From Nitrospirales bacterium (GTDB lineage Bacteria > Nitrospirota > Nitrospiria > Nitrospirales > UBA8639), in NCBI GenBank assembly GCA_963422365.1, contig OY729426.1, forward strand, positions 1,984,001 through 2,048,000: a stretch of DNA of 64,000 bases. Direction: 5' to 3'. Of this stretch, positions 57,279 to 64,000 are shown one piece after another. Position 1 is the first letter of the stretch, and every line of letters starts with the position of its first letter. A program made the position numbers and the translations under genes. Below the pieces are notes generated by a model that was not told the DNA's origin, did no database searches, and was given only the letters and a program-made list of their open reading frames with translations.

Positions 57279-57346
57279 GTAGGGAAGCGTAACCCGACAT
57301 GCAAGCTAATGGAATTGTTGGATTACGCTACGCTCATCCACCCTGC
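57279..57346. repeat. Second REP-like inverted repeat
   Basis: AGCGTAACCCGACA (57286-57299) pairs with TGTTGGATTACGCT (57316-57329); flanked by gtaggg and ccctgc. Confidence 0.6.
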
Positions 57347-57365
57347 ATAGCTCTTTCAGAGATTA

Positions 57366-57426
57366 TTGTAGCTGTGCGATCTTATCGCGCCTCTTTTCTC
57401 GGCGGCATACAATGCCGCAGCTACAA
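57366..57426. repeat. REPIN-like element (inverted REP pair)
   Basis: ttgtagct-GTGCGAT-ctt-ATCGCGC and GCGGCAT-aca-ATGCCGC-agctacaa; perfect 9-bp outer inverted repeat. Confidence 0.8.
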
Positions 57427-57534
57427 GGAAACGGCAGACAGGCCTCATGGCGCCTTTGCTTGGCAAACCATACGCTTGCCTCTTCTCCGATAGGGGGATC
57501 CTGCTGCTACAACGTGATAGAACAGTAGGACTTC

Positions 57535-58728
57535 ATGGTATTGATTCCAGATAAACGAGGGCGGTTCGGCAACTATGGAGGACGATATGTTCCCGAAACC
57601 CTCATGCCCGCCGTTCTCGAGCTCGAACAGGTTTATGCCACCCTTCGGAAAGACCGCGGCTTTCACAAAGAATTTCAGGCCTATTTAAAGCAATACGTGG
57701 GCCGGCCGACCCCGCTGTATTGTGCCAGACACCTGACCAAAACCCTTGGCGGAGCCACGATCTATCTCAAGCGAGAGGATCTTTGTCATACCGGTGCGCA
57801 CAAAATCAACAACACCGTGGGCCAGGCGTTGCTGACGAAACGCATGAAGAAACATCGAGTCATCGCGGAAACCGGTGCCGGGCAACATGGCGTCGCGGTT
57901 GCAACCATCGCCGCCATGTTTGGGTTGGAAGCGGAAATTTATATGGGCACGGAAGATATGGCGCGGCAAGCGCTGAATGTCTTTCGCATGCAGTTGCTCG
58001 GAGCGAAAGTCACCAGCGTGGATGCAGGCAGTCGGACTCTCAAGGACGCCATTAGTGAGGCCATGCGTGACTGGACCACCAATGTGCGAACCACGCATTA
58101 CTTGCTGGGCTCTGTGCTGGGAGCGCATCCCTATCCGATGATGATTCGTGATTTTCAATCGGTGATCGGCCGAGAAGCACGACGGCAAATCCTAGCCGCA
58201 GAGGGCACACTCCCTGATTGCCTGGTCGCCTGCGTGGGTGGCGGAAGCAATAGCATTGGCCTGTTCTACCCATTTATCAAGGATACCCAAGTCCAAATGG
58301 TAGGGGTTGAAGCCGGGGGGATGGGCTTGGCCAGCGGCAAACATGCCGCTCGATTTGCTGGTGGAGCGCCGGGAGTACTTCATGGGACCATGACCTATTT
58401 GCTTCAAGATCGTCATGGACAGGTCAATAGCACACATTCAGTGTCCGCCGGACTCGATTATCCTGCGATCGGCCCTGAACATGCCATGCACCATGACTCG
58501 GGTCGCATTCAGTACACCTCGGCAACTGATCAAGAGGCCTTGGAAGCCTTTGATCTGTTGGCACAGGTCGAAGGCATCATTCCCGCCTTGGAAAGTGCGC
58601 ACGCGGTTGCCGAAGTCGTCAAACGCGCTCCCAAGATGAAGAAAAGCCAAGTCCTCATCATGAACCTGTCAGGACGCGGGGATAAAGACGTCAACCAGAT
58701 TGCCCAGATGCAGGGCATTCCATTCTAA
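57535..58728 (+). CDS. trpB: Tryptophan synthase beta chain
   Basis: [46 protein letters not shown]. Confidence 0.99.
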   Translation: MVLIPDKRGRFGNYGGRYVPETLMPAVLELEQVYATLRKDRGFHKEFQAYLKQYVGRPTPLYCARHLTKTLGGATIYLKREDLCHTGAHKINNTVGQALLTKRMKKHRVIAETGAGQHGVAVATIAAMFGLEAEIYMGTEDMARQALNVFRMQLLGAKVTSVDAGSRTLKDAISEAMRDWTTNVRTTHYLLGSVLGAHPYPMMIRDFQSVIGREARRQILAAEGTLPDCLVACVGGGSNSIGLFYPFIKDTQVQMVGVEAGGMGLASGKHAARFAGGAPGVLHGTMTYLLQDRHGQVNSTHSVSAGLDYPAIGPEHAMHHDSGRIQYTSATDQEALEAFDLLAQVEGIIPALESAHAVAEVVKRAPKMKKSQVLIMNLSGRGDKDVNQIAQMQGIPF

Positions 58729-58730
58729 TC

Positions 58731-59552
58731 ATGCCCACTCCTTCCCATCGCATTACCGCCACCTTTGACCGGCTTCGCCGACGAGGGGAAAAAGCGCTGA
58801 TTTCCTATATCATGGCAGGGGATCCCTCCTTGGCGAAGACGGAAGCCTTAGTGCCGGCCTTGGAACAAGCCGGCGCCGATTTAATTGAACTCGGTGTGCC
58901 GTTTTCCGATCCCATTGCCGACGGACCCGTGATCCAAAAGGCAGCCGAACGGGCCTTACGATCAGGCACGACCATCACTCGCATTTTGGATACCATCAAA
59001 ACCCTTCGAACCCAAACCCAAGTGCCGCTGATTCTGATGACCTATTACAACACCATTATGGCGATGGAAGAACACCGGTTTTGCCAAGAAGCAGTTCAAG
59101 CCGGAGTGGATGGCGTCATTGTACCGGACATGCCGCCGGAAGAAGCTGGCTTGTTACAAGAAGCCGCCGAGGAAAACGGACTCTGTGTCATTTTTCTTCT
59201 TGCGCCAACGAGTACCACGACAAGAAAAGCCCTCGTGATCCAACGAACCAACGGCTTCATTTATTACGTGTCCATGACCGGAATCACCGGGGCCAAACTG
59301 CGCGATAGAGATTCCATCAAACAACACGTGCGCGCGCTCCAAAAGAAAGCCAAAAAACCCGTGGCTGTCGGATTCGGCATTGCGACCCCCGATGATGCCC
59401 GCCAAATCGCTGCTTTTTCCGATGGGGTCATCGTGGGGAGTGCCCTTGTTCGAAAAATAGAAGAACTCCAACACTCCCCTGATTTGATTCATGGAGTCAG
59501 CCAATTCACGGCCAGCTTAAAAGCCGCCCTCTCCTGTAACAGCGTCGAGTAA
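58731..59552 (+). CDS. trpA: Tryptophan synthase alpha chain
   Basis: ELGVPFSDPIADGPVIQ, MTYYN, GITG, VGFGI, VIVGSA. Confidence 0.99.
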   Translation: MPTPSHRITATFDRLRRRGEKALISYIMAGDPSLAKTEALVPALEQAGADLIELGVPFSDPIADGPVIQKAAERALRSGTTITRILDTIKTLRTQTQVPLILMTYYNTIMAMEEHRFCQEAVQAGVDGVIVPDMPPEEAGLLQEAAEENGLCVIFLLAPTSTTTRKALVIQRTNGFIYYVSMTGITGAKLRDRDSIKQHVRALQKKAKKPVAVGFGIATPDDARQIAAFSDGVIVGSALVRKIEELQHSPDLIHGVSQFTASLKAALSCNSVE

Positions 59553-59658
59553 CACTTTCCTGCTACAGTCGTTCCCTCCTTTATAAGGGGAGGCCAGGTG
59601 AAGTAGAGTTAACGTTAACACGCCACTTTTTCGTGATGACATCTGAAAAACAAAAATC

Positions 59659-61104
59659 GTGCTAAGCCTCAATGATGTACATGCCATTCTCACTGAAATG
59701 GCACCAGCCTGTGTCGGTGGATTTATTCAAAAAATTCAGCAGCCAACACCTGATACGGTCATTTTTTCCCTTCGCCGACAGGGACGTTCGCTTTCGATTT
59801 TACTCTCAGCCCATTCTCAACACGGCCGGTTGCATATCCTGAGTCAAAAAGTCCCATGCGCTCCAGAACCCTCATTGTTTTGTCAATATTTACGGGCCCA
59901 TCTCTTAGGGGCACAAATTCATCGTCTCGCCCAAATTCCCCATGACCGCATGGTGTGGTTCGAGCTAAAAACCCCCGAGCATGTGTGTTTTCTGGTCGTC
60001 GCGCTGATCGGACGTTCGGCCAATCTTTTCATCTTGGATGCACAGACCACGGTGCTGCGGTCCCTCAAAGCCAGTCGCCAGATCGTGGGACAATCCTTTA
60101 CCCTCTCCCCTTGTCCTTGGGACATTGAAATGCCCCAAGAATCGTTCCCGTCTGTTCAGGATGCCAACGAACTGCGCTTTCCTGTTTCTGAACGAATCGA
60201 AGCGTCTCATCTCATATCCGAACAGAACGCATGTATCGAGGACCAACGCCATCAACAAGTCGTTCACTTACGAAAACAGATTAAAAAACTGCAGCGACGG
60301 GCAACACAATTAACCCTAGATTTTGAAAAAGTCGGTGCCTATCGTGAGTATGGACGGTACGGCGAGCTTTTGAAAAGCCACGTCTCTACTCTGCGAAAAG
60401 GGCACAATCAAATTACCGTGGTTGATTATTTTGATGAAACACTGCCTGAACTCACGCTTCCGTTGGACCCTAAAAAAACTGGAACGGAAAATCTCAATGA
60501 CTACTTTAAAAAATATGCAAAATTTACCGGAGCGCAGAAAAACCTGGTGCCTCGGCTTGACCAAGCTCAAACCGAATTGGTGAAACTTGAAAAAGAATTT
60601 CAAGCCTTGGAAAGGGGACAGATGCCAGCCTCATCCGATCAGAGGGCAAAGCAATCGGATTCGCCGACTATGCCGCAAGTGTCCCAACGATACAAGCCCA
60701 AACGACAACCGGCTGCGCCTTACCGCCGGTTTAGCTCTCAAGACGGCCACGCCATCTTGGTCGGGAAAAGCGCTACAGATAATGATGTCTTGACCTTCAA
60801 GCTATCCCAACCCGATGATCTTTGGCTGCATGCCCGTGGCACCCCAGGGTCACACGTGGTCATCAAACTGGACAAGAAACAACAGGTCCCGTCTGAAACC
60901 TTGAAGGATGCCGCCACATTGGCCTTGTTTTACAGCGATTTGCGGAAAAGCGGAAAAGGTGAAGTCATTTATACATTGAGAAAAAACGTGAGAAAACCCA
61001 AAAAGGTAAAACAGGGATCGGTCTCGGTGACCCAAGAAAAGAGCTTGTGGGTCTTCGTGGACCAAGCACGCTTGGACCGACTCAAAGAATCCGATTCTTC
61101 CTGA
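59659..61104 (+). CDS. NFACT family protein (RqcH/Rqc2/FbpA-like)
   Basis: IQKIQQP, FCQYLRAHL, HDRMV, LDPKK..EN...YFKKY, VGKSATDND, WLHARGTPGSHVVI. Confidence 0.9.
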   Translation: MLSLNDVHAILTEMAPACVGGFIQKIQQPTPDTVIFSLRRQGRSLSILLSAHSQHGRLHILSQKVPCAPEPSLFCQYLRAHLLGAQIHRLAQIPHDRMVWFELKTPEHVCFLVVALIGRSANLFILDAQTTVLRSLKASRQIVGQSFTLSPCPWDIEMPQESFPSVQDANELRFPVSERIEASHLISEQNACIEDQRHQQVVHLRKQIKKLQRRATQLTLDFEKVGAYREYGRYGELLKSHVSTLRKGHNQITVVDYFDETLPELTLPLDPKKTGTENLNDYFKKYAKFTGAQKNLVPRLDQAQTELVKLEKEFQALERGQMPASSDQRAKQSDSPTMPQVSQRYKPKRQPAAPYRRFSSQDGHAILVGKSATDNDVLTFKLSQPDDLWLHARGTPGSHVVIKLDKKQQVPSETLKDAATLALFYSDLRKSGKGEVIYTLRKNVRKPKKVKQGSVSVTQEKSLWVFVDQARLDRLKESDSS

Positions 61105-61206
61105 CCACCTTTTTACCGTTGAAATCGCCTGAGATTTCAGTTAGGTACAAACACGGCACAAAAAAGAGTTGACAAGCATCACTATTCAAAACATGAGGAG
61201 CATGTC

Positions 61207-61821
61207 ATGAACGATTCCCCCACTGAAGAAGTCCAGCAACAGAGAAAGGCAAACTATGCCATTCATCCCCTTATTATCAACCGATGGTCTCCTCGTTCGA
61301 TGACCGGTGAGGAATTATCCGATGACGAACTCATGCCGCTCTTCGAAGCCGCTCGCTGGGCTCCCTCGTCGTATAATGCGCAACTGTGGCGGTTCGTCTA
61401 CGCGAAACGCCAGACGATGTTCTGGCAGACGTTCGTGGATTTACTGGCAGAAGGGAATAAAGTATGGGCGCAGCAGGCTGCCGCACTGGTCGTCATCACG
61501 TCCAGAACGCTCTTCGAACATAACAACAAACCAGCCGTCACGTATGCCTTTGATGCAGGTGCGGCCTGGGAAAATTTAGCGTTGGAAGGGACACGACGGG
61601 GATTTGTCGTGCATGGCATGCAGGGATTCGATTATGAGAAGGCCAAAAGAGATCTGCGTGTACCCGAAGACTGCGAAGTCCTGGCCATGGTGGCTATTGG
61701 AAAGCGCGCGCCTCAAGAATTCTTACTCTCTCATCTTCAAGAGTTGGAATGTCCGAATAGCCGACGCCCGTTAGACGAAATTGCCATAGCCGGACAATTT
61801 GGGAGAGAAAAGAATCCGTGA
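61207..61821 (+). CDS. Nitroreductase family protein
   Basis: RWSPRS, EAARWAPSSYNAQ.WRF, FDAGAAW, HGMQGFD. Confidence 0.95.
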   Translation: MNDSPTEEVQQQRKANYAIHPLIINRWSPRSMTGEELSDDELMPLFEAARWAPSSYNAQLWRFVYAKRQTMFWQTFVDLLAEGNKVWAQQAAALVVITSRTLFEHNNKPAVTYAFDAGAAWENLALEGTRRGFVVHGMQGFDYEKAKRDLRVPEDCEVLAMVAIGKRAPQEFLLSHLQELECPNSRRPLDEIAIAGQFGREKNP

Positions 61822-61854
61822 GACTTTTGGAAAAAGACCTCTCTTCAATCAGCA

Positions 61855-62646
61855 CTACTCCCCGACCCGCACTAACATGCCACGATCTTTACACACGGAA
61901 AACGTGTATTGATAGACCCCAATCATGATTAACAAATACAGGCCATTCAGACCTATCGCCCACCCAAGATAGGCCCACGGCACGGCTTGATTCAGCAACA
62001 CCTCCCGCATGCCTTCAAATACATGCGCAGCGGGATTGGCCAAGGCTAACGGTTGCAGCCAGTCGGGCAGGACGGACAGTGGATAGAAGACACAGGAGAT
62101 CGGTTGAAAAAGAAAGACGAGTCCCCAGGCGAGGACTTCGGCTTGCTGGCCGAATCGCATAATCACCGACATGGTTAAAATCCCAATGAGCCACCCGGCG
62201 GCAATAAGATTCAGGACGAATGGAATAAGGGTCAGCCCCATGATGAAGACATTGTACGAATAAAAAAACAGGGCAGAAACCGCCATAATCACAGAAACGG
62301 CGGCCACTTTAAAGACACTCATGGCCATCGTCGCCGCCAAAAATTCTCCGGCAGTGAGGGGGCTTGCGAATAAATTCATGAGATTTCTCGACCAAATTTC
62401 TTCGAGGAAGGAGATGGTGATCCCTTGTTGCGCTCGAAAGAGAATGTCCCAGAAAATGAGCGCACCGAGAAAGAACACGACCGCACTATGCAGCCCTTTT
62501 CCTTCCTGAGCCAGATACATCGTAATAAATCCCCACACCACCAGATCCAAGAGGGGCCAGTAGAATATTTCCAACAACCGGGGAAAACTTCGACGGTAGA
62601 GAAAGAGATGTCTGGTAATAAGTGCCGAGATCCGACCGATGTTCAT
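61855..62646 (-). CDS. ABC-2 type transporter permease
   Basis: Six TM segments, FLEEIWSRNLMNLFASP, FYPLSVLPDWLQ, HVFEGMR. Confidence 0.92.
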   Translation of the reverse strand: MNIGRISALITRHLFLYRRSFPRLLEIFYWPLLDLVVWGFITMYLAQEGKGLHSAVVFFLGALIFWDILFRAQQGITISFLEEIWSRNLMNLFASPLTAGEFLAATMAMSVFKVAAVSVIMAVSALFFYSYNVFIMGLTLIPFVLNLIAAGWLIGILTMSVIMRFGQQAEVLAWGLVFLFQPISCVFYPLSVLPDWLQPLALANPAAHVFEGMREVLLNQAVPWAYLGWAIGLNGLYLLIMIGVYQYTFSVCKDRGMLVRVGE

Positions 62647-62729
62647 ATGCGGCTTCTTGTTGTCAGCCCCTTCGAAGAGTAACCGTGCTTTTCCAAAAAA
62701 GGTTCACTCCCCCCCCTTGAGGCACGGCA

Positions 62730-63458
62730 TCAACCCTCACGCGCGATTTTGAGGAAAACCCGTTCAAGATCGTGTTCGCCATATTGAGCAATGACTTCTG
62801 CGGCAGTTCCCTGAGCAATAATTTTTCCTCGTTGAAGGAATACGATCCGGTCGGACATCTCTTCTATTTCTCGCATATTGTGCGAGGTGTACAACATGCT
62901 CAAACCGGACGTCTCACGATATTCTTTTAAAAACCCTTTCACCTTGTGAGCGATATCCGGGTCTAAACTCGCCGTAGGCTCATCGAGAAATAAGATTTTC
63001 GGTTCGGTCATCACCGCCTTCGCCAACGTCAGCCGCGTCATTTGTCCGGATGACAATTTGCGGGTAATTCTATGGCGAATGTCTTCCATCTCAAGTTTTT
63101 TGACCACATCATCGATTCGCCTGTTGATAGCTGATACACCATATAACCGACCCGTCACTCGGAGGTTTTCTTCCACGGTTAAGGCATAGGGCATCGAGAT
63201 ATAAGTGGATGAAAAATTGACCTGCCGGAGAATCGTTTCTCGATGTTTCAGGAGATCGAGTCCCAACATCTCGATCATGCCATACGTAGGGGTAATCACT
63301 CCTAAGAGCATTTGAAAGGTTGTGGTTTTCCCCGCTCCATTGGGCCCAAGCAGGCCAATGGTTTCTCCAGGTTGGATCTCAAACGACACGTGATCCACCG
63401 CGGTGAAATCGCCAAACCGTTTGGTCAAATTTTGAACATGAACAATGGGTGCCGACAT
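62730..63458 (-). CDS. ABC transporter ATP-binding protein
   Basis: GPNGAGKTT, LSSGQ, LFLDEPT, TSHNM; start ATG 63458. Confidence 0.95.
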   Translation of the reverse strand: MSAPIVHVQNLTKRFGDFTAVDHVSFEIQPGETIGLLGPNGAGKTTTFQMLLGVITPTYGMIEMLGLDLLKHRETILRQVNFSSTYISMPYALTVEENLRVTGRLYGVSAINRRIDDVVKKLEMEDIRHRITRKLSSGQMTRLTLAKAVMTEPKILFLDEPTASLDPDIAHKVKGFLKEYRETSGLSMLYTSHNMREIEEMSDRIVFLQRGKIIAQGTAAEVIAQYGEHDLERVFLKIAREG

Positions 63459-63477
63459 CGGTGCTGTTGACGTGGTG

Positions 63478-64000
63478 TTAAAACAAAAAATTTTCGATTT
63501 TGTCCGGGAGATGACATACTTCACAATCTTTGCTGAGAACCTTGCCTTCAAAGGAAGTCTCGTTGTCATGGCACCGCACACAATCGGCCAATGAAGATTT
63601 CCATAACGCCGAGCCCTCGGGATGTTCAGGATAGTACGGGGTCATGTCCAACTTGACATGACCCCGTGGGAGCACAATGGGATAGCCTTTAAAGGGCTTG
63701 CCGTGGACCACTCGCGCATGACAGGTGGTACAGCCCTCCCCTTGCCCACGTTTGCGAAAGGATTCCATATGTTTTCGGTGACTCATGATTAATCCAACAT
63801 CATCGACAGGCTTCGGCAAGTCTCTCGTGGACACTTCCGACACTCTGAGTATCGCACGATGGCAACTCAAGCAGACATTTGAATCTACGTGCGATTGCAA
63901 GTCATGGGGGTCGATCGGCGTCCCAAACCACGTGATTGCCACATCTTTCAAGCCGGCAAACACTTTATCTTCGATAAATCCTTTGAGGCCCGGACGAACA
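63478..64000 (-). CDS. NapC/NirT-like multiheme cytochrome c (5' end outside the window)
   Basis: CLSCH, CTTCH, CVRCH, CEVCH; frame open to the window edge (VRPGLKGFIEDKVFAGL). Confidence 0.88.
   Translation of the reverse strand, partial: VRPGLKGFIEDKVFAGLKDVAITWFGTPIDPHDLQSHVDSNVCLSCHRAILRVSEVSTRDLPKPVDDVGLIMSHRKHMESFRKRGQGEGCTTCHARVVHGKPFKGYPIVLPRGHVKLDMTPYYPEHPEGSALWKSSLADCVRCHDNETSFEGKVLSKDCEVCHLPDKIENFLF

Noticed and set aside
57299..57493. trp leader peptide before trpB
   Set aside because: Only one Trp codon, no terminator with a T run, and the ORF reads through palindromic repeats

Overview
Mostly core chromosome of a GC-moderate bacterium. Gene content and order look like Nitrospirota (Nitrospira-like), possibly host- or sponge-associated; this taxonomy is inference only. 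Core blocks: pyrR-pyrB-pyrC-DUF4149-carA-sppA-M48-carB-greA-SAM hydrolase (minus strand, with a recognisable PyrR attenuator); proA; tRNA-Phe(GAA); narK-like transporter, ribBA-ribH-nusB-purB-purS-purQ; rpoH-groES-groEL; queG; mutS2; CNNM protein; ligA; ampG; FAH-family protein; trpE-G-D-C-F-B-A; an NFACT/RqcH protein; nitroreductase; an ABC-2 exporter; and a partial multiheme cytochrome c. Accessory or decaying material sits between these blocks: a frameshifted DUF1640/CCDC90-like gene, a second copy with 5 x 33-bp tandem repeats, a shattered S8 subtilase lipoprotein gene, a fused and doubly stopped RHH-antitoxin/MazF pair, an AT-rich DUF2085 islet, a single-chain type IIG/ISP-like restriction-modification gene and an AAA ATPase remnant. 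Most notable observations: (1) a dispersed GTAG-type REP/REPIN hairpin family whose 7-bp stems change in sequence while keeping their pairing; (2) a stand-alone, full-length PRMT-like methyltransferase; (3) a MoxR ATPase paired with a YehM-like protein that has a degenerate vWA-like C-terminus; (4) a tandem-duplicated lipoprotein pair, one member carrying LysM. No CRISPR array, integrase or transposase was seen. I cannot confirm from sequence alone that any of these is a truly undescribed system.
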